Positions 12,725 through 27,515 are shown, numbered from the stretch's first letter. The stretch is 64,000 nt of DNA from Mobula hypostoma (GCF_963921235.1 NC_086097.1:137828001-137892000); one strand, 5' to 3'. Notes: a model not told the origin generated them from the letters alone. Numbers and translations: made by a program.

Positions 12725-13950
12725 CAACATAGAACAGCATAAGAACAGGCCCTTCCATCCACAATTTTGTGCCAGACTAATTAAACTAGTAATTAAAAGC
12801 CCCAGTAAACTAATCCCTTCTGCCTAATCAGTGTTCATGTCCGCCCATTCTCTGCACATTCGTGTGCCGATCTAAGAGCCCCCTAAATACCTCTGTTGGA
12901 TTTTCCCCCACCACCACTCCGGCAGCACATTCCTGGCACCCGCCACTCTCTGTGTAAAGAAAACTTGGCCAGCTCCTTTGAACTCTCCCACCCACCACCA
13001 TAAATGCATGCTCTCTAATAACCCTGAGGAAAAGACACCAGCTGTCTACTCTATCTCTGCCTCTCTCAATCTTACAAACTTCTATCAGTCTCCCCTCAGC
13101 CTGTGTCATTCTAGAGAAAACAACCCCAGATTGTCCAACCTCTCCGAATAGCACATGGCCGCTAATCCAGGTAACATCCTGATAAACCTTCTTTGGAGAG
13201 CATAGAATACTAAGGGAATGTCTATGCAGAATATTAATAGAATACTAAGCAGGAGAGTCTGCACTCAGAGCAATGCAGATATTTGTAATTCTAAACCCCA
13301 ACACCCTAATGATTTCCCAAAAGTCACACTTGTCACTTTTAACTTCCAACTGCCAGTGCTCTGCCCAACTTTCTGCTTGACTTAGATGACCTTTCTCACT
13401 ATCCACAATTTTTGTGTAATCAACAGATTTACTAACTACACCTCCATCATTGACATCAAGTCATTAATGTATGTCACAGACAACAAAAGTCCCACCAGCA
13501 ATCCCTGTACTGCTCACACACTTCCAATCAGAAAAGTATCCTTCCAGCACTATTCTTTAGTCCCGTTACCAAGACAATTTTGGATCCAATTGGCCAGCTT
13601 TCCTTGGATTGCATGCACCTTAACCTGTTGACCAACCTGCCCTAGCTGACTTTGTCAAGTGCCTTTCTAAAGTCCATATAGAAAATGACAACCATCTAGC
13701 CTTCATCAACTTCTTTCTTACATTCACAAAAAAAAATTACTGAACTAGAAACTACCCTGTACAAAACCATGCCGACTATCCCCGAGGATACCTTTCTAAA
13801 CATACCTACATAAGTTCTGTCCCTTAAAATTTCCACCAATCATTTTTCTACCACTGACATGAGGTTTGCTTGAATATAGTTTCTTATCTTATCTTCTGCT
13901 GCCCTTCTTGAGTTATGGAACATTATCTCTCTTCCAGTCTTGAAGTACTG
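12725..13950 (-). mobile_element. CR1 LINE fragments
   Basis: Minus ORF LIEVCKI.RGRDRVD; RT-region remnants near 13560-13700; CATAGAACAGC...AGGCCC tail. Confidence 0.65.
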
Positions 13951-15124
13951 AGATGGTGAAATGATCTATTTGGATGGCATGCAAAACCAAGTTTTTCACT
14001 GTACCTTGGCTCATGTGACAATAATAAACCAATTACCAAGGCACTTTAAATGAGTGATGATCAACAAAAAGTTTACAGTAAGACTCGGAACAGACTTGTT
14101 TAGTCAACACTAAATTTTAAAGAGCTTCTCAAAAAGAGAAGCCATAGGTGAAGAAGGTGAGGGTTTAGAGGGGAATTCCAGAACCTGGGTGTCAGGCAGC
14201 TAAAGACCTGGTTGACTGTGGCACAGTATAATTAAAGCAGAGGATGTTCAAGGGACAGAGATGAAGGACATTGGGTTTGCAGAGATTTCTGCTCACGGAA
14301 TGCACAGGGTCATCTTTCATTTCTGAAGCTTGGGCTATACAGTCAATCTGGAGTTGTATCTTTAATAAAATGAGGGCTGATGCATTTAATTTGTAGATAT
14401 GGGATAGTAGCAAGAATTGGATACATCCCAAAGCCATTAACAATATAATGGATGGATTAAAGAGTCAATTAGTCACTGGAGTAAGCAAAGGGGCCAACCA
14501 TGGGAAATCTTGCCTTTGTTACATGTGACTTTTACTTGAAAGGGTTAGGAAGTGAGGAGATAGGTTGTTACTAGATAACTTGCAGTTCAGTAGCCATGAA
14601 ATCTGACCGTCTCGCACTGCCTTCCCAGTACTCAGAGCAGTTATTTATAGAGAGAGCCACGAAGTGGGGAGGCAAGGGCACCTGAAAAAAGCACGATCAA
14701 TGCTGTTTTTAAGAGATGAGAGTGCACAGGGTTATTAACGTTGAACAACCGTTAGAGAGAATACCTCCTCAAGAATGGAACTCATCAACCACTTTGCTGA
14801 GCTCCTCTATTCAACAAGACCAGAATGAAGCAGAGTCATTTGTGATTCGTCAGTCCACAGGAAGCCAATAACAACCAATTTTCTCTTTCTGTGCCATAAT
14901 AATCCTGATTTGGAGTCATCCTGTAGTATTAAACAATGAATATTAGTAGAATTTGCTCCTGTTCTCTCCGTGGCAGAGACACATATTGACTGAAGAGTAC
15001 AGAACAGGGTATGTGGGTTAACCAGTCTGATTCCTGCACGAGCCTCTTCCAGATTCCACTCTTCCCTTTCCTCCTTGTTGCTCTCTCTGAAGCCCATCTC
15101 CGCTCTGCCCAGCAACCTCTGATT

Positions 15125-15230
15125 TAACTCTAGGCTAATCACAGGACAATTTACAATAACCAATTAACCTACTAACCAATATGTCTTTGCAATGAAGGAG
15201 GAAACTGGAGCACCCGGAGAAAACACATGC
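15125..15230 (-). mobile_element. V-SINE core fragment
   Basis: Reverse strand reads TTCTCCGGGTGCTCCAGTTTCCTCC...GGTTAATTGGTTATTGTAAATTGTCC. Confidence 0.7.
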
Positions 15231-17179
15231 ACCCTGGCGCCCTCTTCTTGGGCTAGTTCAACTCTACGCAGCACCATCACAGAGTAGGACATATTAGCTG
15301 ATAGGAAACACCAAGTCTTCCTGATCTGGACTGAACAACAGAACCTCATACCCATACAACGGACCCACCAACTCAACCCATGCCAGGTTTGCTGGGCACA
15401 CTTCTTTGTGCAAATCATCTTCACCATCTCCTACCAACTCAGCTCCAAAAACACGAAGGCAGGCACCCCGGCATGACAGTCTGATACAGCTGAAACGGAG
15501 ATCAACCCTCAGCCCATCATTCCATCCTCGCACCGATCGTCTGGGATCTGGAGAGCCAGATCGGCCAGGCCCAACAGAACGAGACTGCTCTGGCCTACAC
15601 ACCTGACAACCGCATGTATGTGCTGGTGGTCGTGTGCACTCTGGTGAGCCCGGTCCTCGCCCCTCCCCAGCCATTCAGGCACACGACGTACTCGGGGTTT
15701 TCTGCATCGCCAGCTCTGGCCCACCATGATCGCAGATGAGTATTGGTTCATCACTGCTTGCCCTCAACGTGCTCAGTCTAATTCCTCCAACCTGTGGCCC
15801 TCTGGGCTCCTCCAGCCCCTACCACATCGCCATGGACGTCATCATGAGTTTGCGACCTTCTGATGAGGCCAAGGTGACCATGACAGTGATGGACCAGATC
15901 TCCAAGGCGGCCCACTTCACTCCCCTCCCTGAACTCCTGTCAGCCACTGAGATGGTGAGCGGTGTTCTCCAACGTGCTGTTCATCTTGACGGCTTTCCTC
16001 GGGATGTTGCGTTGGACTGGGGCCCAGAATTCATCTCCCACTTCTGGTGAGCCTCCTGCTCCCTCCTCCGCGCCTCAGTGAGTTTGTCCTCTGGCTATCA
16101 TCTGCAGACCAACGGTCAGTCAGAAAGAACCAGTCATCAAGCCGGAGAAGTTTCTGTGATGCTTCGCTGCATCTAACCCTTCCAAATGGAAGAAGTATCT
16201 GTGCTGGGCTGAAGTGTCCCACAATCTATAAACCTCCTCTGCCACAGGAATGCCACTCTGTGAAGTGCTTCATGGCTACCAACCCCATCGTTCCTCATGG
16301 AGAAGCCAATGGAGGAGGTTTCCTGCTGGAATGCTTGGAAGGGGACATGGAGAACCATCCTAGCTGTGAACTGTGCCTACTGCTGCCAGGCTAACCACCA
16401 GCAGCACTCAGCCAGACTGCCCCGTCCTGAGGACCATGTCTGGCTGTCTACCCAAGACCTGCCCCTGTGCTCCGACTACTACAAGCTCTTGCCCAAGCCA
16501 TTGGTCCCTCCAAGGTTACTCATCAACTCAACCCAGTTACTTATCTTCTCCAGCTGCCTGAATCCCCCCAGGATCTCACCTGCCTTCCATGTGTCCTTCC
16601 TTAAGCCCGTTGTCCATGGGCCGCTCACCCCACCTGAGCCTGCTCATCTGGAACCCCGGGTGGTGGAAGGTGGTCCAGTGTACACAGTTTGCTGGTTGAT
16701 GGATCCACATCAACGTGGATGGGGTAAGCAATACCTGGTCGACTGGGAAAGGTGCGGCCCAGAGGAGAGTTCTTTGGTGTTGTCCAGTTTCGTCTTAGAT
16801 CCATCACTTATTAAGGAGTTCCACCTGACCCGTCAGGATCATCCTGGGCAGTCAGGTGCCAGCCATAGAAGGGAGATCCTGTAAGGCCTGCACAGACAGG
16901 CACCCCCAGCTTCCTCACTGAGACACCTGGCACTCATTTCCAACTATCGCCTGCAGCCTATTTAAACTCAGATCTCAACCACAATCCTTGTTCACTCATA
17001 CGAAACAGCCAATCACCACCAGTTGCTCCTCACCTTCAGTTACCTCATTGCCTGTGGTGCTTAGTAGCTGTTCTCTCTCGTTTTGTGGCTTGTTGTTTTC
17101 ACTGTCTATCACTGAAGTTATTGTTCATTGCTGAATCATCTCCACTGGTCTGGTCAAGCCTCCTCTACATTTCCTGACA
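15231..17179 (+). mobile_element. Degenerate chromovirus-type Gypsy LTR retrotransposon (RNase H, integrase, chromodomain, 3' LTR)
   Basis: QLNPCQVCWAHFF (RNase H); HIAMDVI..DQISKAAHF..GFPRDV.LDWGPEFISHFW (integrase); KQYLVDWERCGPEESSLV (chromodomain). Confidence 0.88.
16880..17179 (+). repeat. 3' LTR of the Gypsy element
   Basis: Starts TGTAAGG just after the purine-rich AGAAGGGAGA at the end of pol and ends CCTGACA (inverted termini); internal TATTTAAA. Confidence 0.75.
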
Positions 17180-17269
17180 TTAGCTCAGAGGAGTAGAAAC
17201 AGTGCAAGTTAACCTACCAGAACTGAAACCCCCCTTGGCTTTTCAAAGACTTTAAAGTCATGAAACATT

Positions 17270-17910
17270 AGGGGCAGGAGCATGAGACCATGATCTTTTA
17301 GCAAGATCATAGCTGATTGGATCACGGCCTCAGCTCCATTCCCCTGCCTTTACCCACAATCTCGACAGACCAAAACCTGTCTCTCACCACCTTGAAACTA
17401 TTCAATGATCCCTTCTACATGTCTCTGTGGGGTGGAGAATTCTAGAGGGTCATGGCCCTCTGAGAGTCATAAATGTACAGAGGGGAAATGTGTTGTTTGG
17501 CCCAACCAGTCCTTGCTGATCAAACTTCCCAACTAAGCTAGTCTCATTTTCCCACCTTTGGCCCCTATCCTTCAAAACCTTTCCTATCCATCCTCATTCT
17601 TGTCCAAATACCTTTAAAATGTTGTCTCAATCATATCCTTCGGCAGTTCACTCCATATACAGATCACCACTGGCTAAAAAGATCCCACGCTAATTCCTAT
17701 TAAATCTCACCTTAAACCTATGCCCTCTAGTTCTTGGTTCCTCAGCTCTGGGAACAAGACTATGCACATGGGCCCTATCTACGCCCTCATGATTTTATGT
17801 ACCTCTATAAGATCATTCCTCATTGTCTTGCGCTTTGATGAAAACAGCCTCAGCCTGTTCAACTTCTCTCCATAATTCAGTTTCTTAAGATACAGCAACA
17901 TCCTTGAAAA
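17270..17910 (-). mobile_element. Two old CR1 3' fragments
   Basis: Reverse-strand CR1 3' coding and UTR motifs, e.g. TATGCCCTCTAGTTCT and CATGATTTTATGTACCTCTATAAGATC on +. Confidence 0.6.
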
Positions 17911-18029
17911 AATGTCCAAGTGCTCTGCTTTTTACTCCCATAAATGACAATTACTTTGACAGGAAAATATGGAAACAGGGCAGTCTTTATATGAAGGAAA
18001 CTGTCAACAATCTCAGCAATAGTTTGGGA

Positions 18030-18410
18030 ACAGTAGTGGATCCAGTTGTTTTGCCAGACTAATAATCCATTTGCTTCAACTCAAGATCCAATAGAATGTA
18101 TTAAAATCCCAGTGTGGGCTGTTTGAGAATTTGAATTTAATCTCAAACATCTGAAAATAATGAGTTGGCTTCAATAAAAAGAAACTGTGGCTGCAGATTG
18201 TCATAAAAAGTTAATTGTTTCATGACCCTAGAGAAACCTGCTGTCTTTATTTACTACATGTGACTGAATCCACTCCCAGAACAATGTGGTTTGTTCCTCT
18301 GGAGAGGCTTTGTGAATGCCAATTTATGTCATGTCTCTACAAATCAAATGGACTGTGATGATTGGGCATGGGCAATAAATACCAGGCTTGCAGATGACGC
18401 CCAGAAAGAC
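18030..18410 (+). mobile_element. Old tRNA-derived SINE (second copy about 25395-25760)
   Basis: Both loci share CTAATAATCCA, AAATCCC, GAATTTAATCTCA and GGGCAATAAAT blocks in the same order. Confidence 0.55.
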
Positions 18411-19237
18411 CTATCGAGTGAGCCTGCCAGTTAATTACAGTATATGCACAGTGGAACATACAATTATTTCCCTTTTCTTGTTGTGTTGTGTGATGTGTTA
18501 TTTTTCAGCCTTGTTACTGAACTGAAGGCAGAGTGCCAACACAGAAACATCTGCATTCTCCCACTCTCCATAACTTTAAACTCCTTCTAGGGAGGTCCCA
18601 ATATACCAATATTCCATAGGAGATGTGATGTTCTAGTTATTGACAAGAAAGAAATGCTAAATCAAAAATTTACGGGCATTGGGCTGTGAATTCTGCCCTC
18701 ATAATTCCCCAAAATCTGCACTCAGGAAGTGAAGTGAATTAACATTTGGACGATTTGGATAAGAACGTTTTTGGGCAAAAGTCGACTGGCAACCGTGTAA
18801 GCATAGAACTTGGAGAATGGGGATGGAGGCACATGCAGGATAATTTTAACCCTACAACTACAAAAGGCAGGTGTTTGATAAGTCTCCACAACGTATCCAG
18901 AGGGAGGCAAACTGCCAACTATCTATCGCCCATTTGGTACACTGTGCAGAGCCAAGGCTTTCTTCCACCAGCAAACACTTGTTCAGAGGCCTAAACAAAC
19001 AATATCCAATGAGGCACCTTCTGAAGGGGACTTGGAATCCAGAAACACACCAGCCTCGCAGCAAGATCTCACAAGCAGCAGTGTGGTAATTCTTGAACAT
19101 TCTCCTTCAGAGAGATCATTTAGTATTTCCGAGAATATTCCTAACACAGGGCCCTGGGGAATGTTGTAGAATAGTAAAACGTAGGAGTATGAGTACATGG
19201 TTCCTGGAAAGTGTCGTCACAGGAAGGCAGGGTGTTA

Positions 19238-20058
<821 letters not shown>

Positions 20059-20335
20059 GAGGGACAACTGCACAAGTGTGTGGACGTCAGCGAGTTAGAC
20101 AGGCATGAAGAGTTTAAAAGGAGACAGATTTTTCTTCAGCAGTTTGATCAAGGGAGGATTGCACAAGCACGTGGATGTCAACGAGTTAGACTGGCATGAA
20201 GTTTAAAAGGAGACAGCTTTACAGTGCAGGTGCCAGAGGAGTGGGTGACAGAGTAGAGGAAGCCAGAGTAGGAGGGCTTTGGATCAATGGGGCTTCAGCA
20301 AGGTAGGTTACCTCTGAAGAATAGAAACAGGAAGA

Positions 20336-21240
20336 ATGCCTGTGAGGCCGGAGTTCTGTACTGGGTGTTGGATATGGATGTCTAGGAGACTCCCAGCCTC
20401 CCGGAAGGCAGCTCCTTAGGGACCGGGTTAAGGAACTGGAGCTGCAGCTAAACTGCCTTCGTCTGGTCAAGAAAAGTGAGGAGGTGATAGAGAGGAGCTA
20501 TAGGCAAGTAGTCACACCAGGGCCTCAGGAGACAGGTATGTGGGTAACAGTCAGTAGAGGGAAGGAGAAGAGTCAGGTACTAGAGAGTACCCCTGTGGCT
20601 GTACCCCTTGACAATAAGTACTCCTGTTTGAGTACTGTTGGGGGAGGACCTACCTGGGGGAAGCAACAGTAGCCGTGCCTCTGGCACAAAGTCTGGCCCT
20701 GTGACTCAGAAGGGTAGGGAAAGGAAGAGGATGGCAGCAGTGATAGGAGACTCTATAGTTAGGGGGTCAGACAGGCGATTCTGTGGACGCAGGAAAGAAA
20801 TGTGGATGGTAGTTTGCCTTCCAGGTAACAGGGTCTGGGATGTTTCTGATCGCGTCCATGATATCCTGAAGTGGGAAGGTGAACAGCCAGAGGTTGTGGT
20901 ACATATTGGTACCCATGGCATAGGTAGGAAAAGGGAGGAGGTCCTGAAAGCAGACTACAGGGAGTTAGGAAGAAAGTGGAGAAGCAGGACCTCAAAGGTA
21001 GTAATTTCGGGATTACTGCCTGTGCCACGTGACAGTGAGTATAGGAATAGAGCGAGGTGGAGGATGAATGTGTGGCTGAGGGATTGGAGCAGGGGGCAGG
21101 GATTCAGATTTCTGGATCATTGGGACCTCTTTTGAGGCAGGTATGACCTGTACAAAAAGGACGGGTTGCACTTGAATCCAAGGGGGACCAATACCCTGAT
21201 GGGGAGGTTTGCGAAGGCTATTGGGGAGAGTTTAAACTAG
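20336..21240 (+). pseudogene. CR1 ORF1 (zinc finger/leucine zipper plus SGNH esterase), disrupted
   Basis: CTGC, RVKELELQL, VIGDSIVR, CLPG, VVVHIGT, VISGLLP, DGLHL; frameshifts and an internal stop. Confidence 0.88.
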
Positions 21241-21334
21241 AATTGTTGGGGAGTGGGGATCGAACTGAAGAGATGGAGGAAGGGGCTCACAAATAGAGAA
21301 AGCTTGGAGTCAGTGCGAGAGGGAGGATAGGCAG

Positions 21335-24090
21335 GTGAAAGAGAAGGGATGCACTCAGACCGATGGTTTGAGATGTGTCTATTTCAATGCAAGGAGTATT
21401 ATGAACAAAGTGGATGAGTTTACAGCGTGGATCAGATCTTGGAGCTGTGATGTTGTGGCGATTACAGAGACTTGGATGGCTCAGGGGCAGGAATGGTTAC
21501 TTAAGAGTGCCAGGCTTTAGATATTTCAGAAAGGACAGGGAAGGAGGCAAAAGAGGTGGGGGCGTGGCACTGTTGATCAGAGATAGTCATGGCTGCAGAA
21601 AAGGAGGAAGTCATGGAGGGATTGTCTACTGAGTCTCTGTTGGTGGAAGTTAGAAACAGGAAGGGGTCAATAACTCTACTGGGTGTTTTTTTTTTATAGA
21701 TCACCCAATAGTAACAGGGACATAGAGGAGCAGATAGGGAGACAGATTCTGGAAAGGTGTAATAATAACAGGGTTTTCATGGTGGGAGATTTTAATTTCC
21801 CAAATATTGATTGACATCTCCCTCAAGCAAGGGCTTTAGATGGGGTAGAGTTTGCTAGGTGTGCTCAGGAAGGTTTCCTGACACAATATGTAGATAAGAC
21901 TACAAGAGGAGAGGCTGTACTTGATCTGGTATTGGGAAATGAACCTGGTCAGGTGTCAGGTCTCTCAGTGGGAGAGTGATCACAATTCTATCTCCTTTAT
22001 CATAGCATTGGAGAGGGATAGGAACAGACAAGTTAAGAAAGTGTTTAATTGGAGTAAGAGGAAATATGAAACTATCAGGCAAGAACTTGGAAGTATAAAT
22101 TGGGAACATGTTCTCAGGGAAATGTACAGCAAAAATGTGGCAAATGTTCAGGGGATATTTGCGTGGCATTCTACATAGGTACATTCCAATGAGACAGGGA
22201 AATGATGGTAGGGTACAGGAACCATGGTGTACAAAGGCTGTTGTAAATCTAGTCAAGAAGAAAAGAAACCCTTATGAAAGGTTCAAAAAACCAGGTAATG
22301 ATAGAGATCTAGAAGATTATAAGGCTAGCAGGAAGGAGTTTAAGAATGAAATTAGGAGAGCCAAAAGGGGCCATGAGAAGGCCTTGGTGGACAGGATTAA
22401 GGAAAACCCCAAGGCATTCTACAAGTATGTGAAGAGCAAGAGGATAAGATGTGAGAGAATAGGACCAATCAAATGTGACAGTGAAAAAGTGTGTATGGAA
22501 CCAGAGGAGATAGCAGAGGTACTTAATGAATACTTTGCTTCAGTATTCACTACCAAAAAAGATCTTGGCGACTGTAAGGATGACTTGCAGCGGACTGAAA
22601 AGCTTGAGCATATAGACGTTAAGGAAAAGGATGTGCTGGAGCTTTTGGGAAGCATTGGGACCGAATGAGATGTACCCCAGGCTATTATGGGAGGTGAGGG
22701 AGGAGATTGCTGAGCCTCTGGCAATGATCTTTGCATCATCAATGGGGACGGGAGAGGTTCTGGAGGATGGGAGGTTTGCAGACATTGTTCCCTTATTCAA
22801 GAAAGGGAGTAGACATAGCCCAGGAAATTATAGACCTGTGAGTCTTACTTCAGTGGTTGGTAACTTGATGGAGAAGATCCTGAGAGGCAGAATTTATGAA
22901 CATTTGGAGAGGCATAATATGATTAGGAATAGTCAGCATGGCTTTGTCAAAGGCAGGTTGTGCCTTACGAGCCGATTGAGTTTTTTGAGCATGTGACTAA
23001 ACATATTGCTGAAGGAAGAGCAGTAGATGTAGTGTATATAGATTTCAGCAAGGCATTTGATAAGGTACCCCATGTAAGGCTTATTGAAAAAGTAAGGAGG
23101 CATGGGATCCAAAGAGGACGTTGCTTTGTAGATCCAGAATTGGCTTGTTCACAGAAGGCAAAGAGTAGTTGTAGACGGGTCATATTCTGCATGGGGATCG
23201 GTGACCAGTGGTGTGTCCCAGGGATCTGTTCTTTCTGATTTTTATAAAGGACCTGGATGAGTAAGTGGAGGGATCGGTTAGTAAATTTGCTGATGGCATA
23301 AAGGTTGGGGGTGTTGTGGATAGTGTGGAGGGCTGTCAGAGGTTACAGTGGGACATTGATAGGATGCAGAACTGGGCTGAGAAGTGGCAGATGGAGTTCA
23401 ACCCAGGTAAGTGTGAGGTGGTTCATTTTGGTAGGTCAAATATGATTGCAGAATATAGCATTAATGGTAAGATTCTTGGCAGTGTGGAGGATCAGAGGGA
23501 TCTTGGGGTCTGAGTCTATAGGATGCTCAAAGCTGCTACACAGGTTGACTCTGTGGTTAAGAAGGCATACGGCACATTGGCCTTCATCAATTGGGGGATT
23601 GAGTATAAGAGCCGAGAGGCAATGTTACAGCTATATAGGACCCTGGTCAGACCCCACTTGGAGTACTGTGCTCAGTTCTGGTCGCCTCACTACAGGAAGG
23701 ACGTGGAAACCGTAGAAAGGATGCAGAGGAGATTTACAAGGATGTTGCCTGGATTGGGGAGCATGCCTTATGAGAATAGGTTGAGTGAACTCGGCCTTTT
23801 TTGCTTGGATGATGGAGGATGAGAGGTGACCTGACAGAGGTGTACAAGATGATGAGAGGCATTGATAGTGTGGATAGTCAGCGGCTTTTTCCCAGAGCTG
23901 AAATGGCTAACATGAAAGGGCATTGTTTTAAAGTGCTTGGAAGCAGGTACAGAGCAGATGTCAGGGTTAGGTTTTTTATGCAGAGAGTGGTGAGTGTGTG
24001 GAATGGGCTGCTGGAGGCGGAAACAAAAGGGTTTTTAACAGACTCCTGGATAGGTACATGGAGCTCAGAAAAATAGAGGGCTATGGGTAA
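21335..24090 (+). pseudogene. CR1 ORF2 (APE endonuclease plus reverse transcriptase), disrupted
   Basis: YFNARSI.NK, VAITETW, GGGVAL, GDFNFP, NYRPVSLTS, DFSKAFDKVPH; RT catalytic motif mutated to FADG. Confidence 0.92.
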
Positions 24091-24181
24091 GCCTAGGTAA
24101 TGTCTAAGGTAAGGATATGTTCGGCACAGCTTTGTGGGCCGAAGGGCCTGTATTGTGCTGTAGGTTTTCTATGTTTCTATG

Positions 24182-24629
24182 TTACAAGGATATTGCCTGG
24201 ATTGGGGAGCATGCCTTATGAGAATAGGTTGAGTGAACTCGGCCTTTTCTCCTTGGAGCAGCAGAGAATGAGAGGTGACCTGATAGAGGTGTATAAAATG
24301 ATGAGAGACATTGATCATGTGGATAGTCAGAGACTTTTTCCCAGGGCTGAAATGGCTAGCACGAGAGGGCATAGTTTTAAGGTACTTGGAAGTAGGTACG
24401 GAGGAGATGTCAGGGGTAAGTCTTTTACGCAGAGAGTGGAGTGGGCTGCCGACGATGATGGTGGAGGCAGACACGATAGGGTCTTTTAAGAGACTCCTGG
24501 ACAGGGACATGGAGCTCAGAAAAATAGAGGGCTATGGGTAAGCCTAGGTAATTTCTAAGGTAAGAACACGTTCGGTACAGCTTTGTGGGCCAAAGGGCCT
24601 GTATTGTGCTGCAGGTTTTCTATGTTTCT
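24182..24629 (+). mobile_element. Second, 5'-truncated CR1 inserted in the tail of the first
   Basis: Repeats 23733-24181 with many substitutions and different indels. Confidence 0.85.
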
Positions 24630-24659
24630 ATATCCTGGTGATATTAAATCTGATTCTGA

Positions 24660-25110
24660 AGAAGGTTTTTGGCATATTGGTCTGAATCAGACAGGGCAGT
24701 GAGTATAGATGTTGGGAGATCAAGATCATTGCCAGGATATGAAGGGCTGAGTTATAGAGGGAGGTTGGACAGGCTAGGACATATTCCTCGGAGTATAGGT
24801 GACTGAGAGGGATCTTATGGAGGTGTTTAAATTCATGAAGAGCATAGATAGGCTGAATTGCATGTCTTTTTCCAGAGATGGGAACGGTCAAGAACTAGAG
24901 ACTGCAGTTTTAAGGTGAGAGGAAAGAGATTTATTAGGAATTTGAGGGGAAGCATTTTTACAGAGATGGAATTAATTACCAGAGGAAGTGGGTGAGACAG
25001 GTACAAGAAAATTGGACAGCCACATGGATTGGAATATCAGGCAAATGAAATCAGCTTGGACAGGGCATCATTGGGCCAAAGTATCTGTTTCCATTCTCTA
25101 TTACTATAAC
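24660..25110 (+). mobile_element. Old CR1 3' fragment
   Basis: LRGILWRCL-like remnant; AGAACTAGAG..TTTTAAGGTGAGAGG; GGGCCAAAGTATCTGTTTCC tail. Confidence 0.6.
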
Positions 25111-25777
25111 TCCAGGGAGAAATTACCTCCTTTTCATTGAGTTGTCATCTTTTACATCCTACTGAGAGGGTTGACAGAAGCCTTGATTTTGCATTTCACC
25201 AGAAGGGCAGCATCTCTGCCAGGGCAGTGCTTTCTCGTGTGACTCCAGACCACAGCAACATCATTGGCTCTTGGCTGAAGCGGATCATTCAGTTTGGGGC
25301 AAATTGGACAAAGGTTATAATTGGCACCTAGGATTCACTCAGCTCCAAGGCTGACCATGGAAGAATGACCTGATGAAAGTATCACAATGGGAAATGGTGG
25401 TGGTGCAGGTGTTCAATTGCTCTACAGAGCCCTGGCTAATAATCCAGAGATCTGAGTTCAAATCCCTCCACGGCAGTGATGGAATTTAATCTCAGTTAAT
25501 AATCTAGTTTCAAATGACAATGACTAGCATTAATTACAATAATCTCAATTGTACTACAAAGGTCAATCTGGTTTACTGATATACTTACCCCATCCAGCCA
25601 GTAATGAATCCAGACCAAGCCCATGTAGTTGACTCAGGAAAGGCACAGCAGGCTGCTCAGTTTGGGGATGGCTACACCCCCCTCGCAGCAACCAGGTTTG
25701 GGCAATAAATGCTAACCCTGACTGTAATGCCCCAATCTTGAAAAATTAATAAATAAATTTAAATGTTTGAACATTAA

Positions 25778-27515
25778 CAGGGAGTCGAGGTTGGAGGTGA
25801 CATCGGATGTATGACAACTCGACAGGGTTTGCAAGACATTACTTCCTACGAAGTGAAACCCAATAGCATGAATGGCAGTGATGCTTCACTACCAGATGAA
25901 CTCAATGCCTTCTATGCCTGCTTTGAAAGGGAGAATATAACTGCAACTGTGAAGATCCCTGCTGCACCTGGTGACCCTGTGATCTCTGTCTCGGAGGCCG
26001 ATGTTAGGCTGTCTTTAAAGAGAGTGAACCCTCGCAAGGTGGGAGGCCCCCACAGAGAACCTGGTAAGGCCCTGAAAACCCGTGCCAACCAACTGGTGGG
26101 AGTATTCAAGGACATTTTCAACCTCTCACTGCTACAGGCGAAAGTTCCCACTTGCTTCAAAAAGGCAACAATTATACCAGTGCCTAAGAAGAATAATGTG
26201 AGCTGCCTTAATTTCTATCACCCAGTAGCACTCATATATAGTGATGAAATGCTTTGAGAGGTTGGTCATGAATAGACTGAACTTCTGCCTCAGCAAGGAC
26301 CTGGACACACCGCAATTTGGCTATTGCCACAATAGGTCAATGGCAGACGCTATCTCAGTGGCACGCCACATGGCTTTAGACCTAGACAGCACAAACATCT
26401 ATAGCTCAGCATTTAACAACATCATTCTCATAATCCTGATTGAGAAGTTACAGAACCTGGGCTCTGTACCTCCCTCTGCAGTTGGATCCTCGACTTCCTA
26501 ACCGAAAGACCACAGTCTGTGTGGATTGGTGGTAACATGTCCTCCTCACTGACGATCAACACTGGCGCACCTCAGGGGTGTGTGCTTAGCCCACTGCTCT
26601 ACTCTCTGTATACACATGACTGTGTGACTAGACATAGCTCAAATACCATCTATAAATTTGCTGATGATACAACCATTGTTGGTAGAATCTCAGATGGAGA
26701 TGAGAGGGTGTACAGGAGCGAGATATATAAACTAGTGGAGTGGTGTCGCAGCAACAATCTTGCACTCAACGTCAGTAGGACAAAAGAACTGATTGTGGAC
26801 TTAAGGAAGGGTAAGACAAAAGAACACATAGAAGGATCAGAAGTAGAGAGAGTGAGCAGTTTCAAGTTCCTGGATGTCAAGATCTCTAAAGACCTAACCT
26901 GGTCCCAACATATCGATGCAGTTATAAAGTTATAATGAAGTGGCTATACTTCATTAGGAATTTGAAGAGATTTGGTATATCAACAAATACACACAAAAAC
27001 TTCTATAGATGTACCATGGAGAGCATTCTGACAGGCTGCATCACTGTCTGGTATGGGGGGGCGCTACTGCACAGGACCAAAAGAAGCTGCAGAGTGCCAT
27101 AAATTTAGTTGGCTCCATCTTGGGTACTAACCTACAAAGTACCCAGGACATCTTCAAGGAGCGGTGTCTCAGAAAGGCAACATCTATTATTAAGGACTTC
27201 CAGCACCCAGGGCATGCCCTTTTCTCACTGTTACCATCAGGTGGGAGGTACAGAAGCCTGAAGGCACACACTCAGTGATTCAGGAACAGTTTCTTCCCTT
27301 CTGCCATCTGATTCTTAAATGGACATTAACATCATGAATTACCACACTTTTTAAATATATGTTATTTCTATTTTTGCAGGATTTTTAATCTATTCAATAT
27401 ACGTATACAGTTATTTATTTAATTATTATTTTTTCTTTCTGTATAATGTATTGCATTGAACTGCTGCTGCTAAATTAACAAACTCCATGACACATGCCGG
27501 TGATAATAAACCCAA
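25778..27515 (+). mobile_element. Rex1/Babar LINE (RT pseudogene), 5'-truncated
   Basis: [64 protein letters not shown]. Confidence 0.92.

Larger units (their letters stand above)
20059..24181 (+). mobile_element. Near full-length CR1 LINE
   Basis: 5' UTR, ORF1, ORF2 and (TTTCTATG)n tail; ATATC at 20054-20058 and 24630-24634 flanks the composite insertion. Confidence 0.93.

Noticed and set aside
18720..19230. Possible decayed retroelement coding fragment
   Set aside because: Only a faint motif resemblance; needs an HMM search
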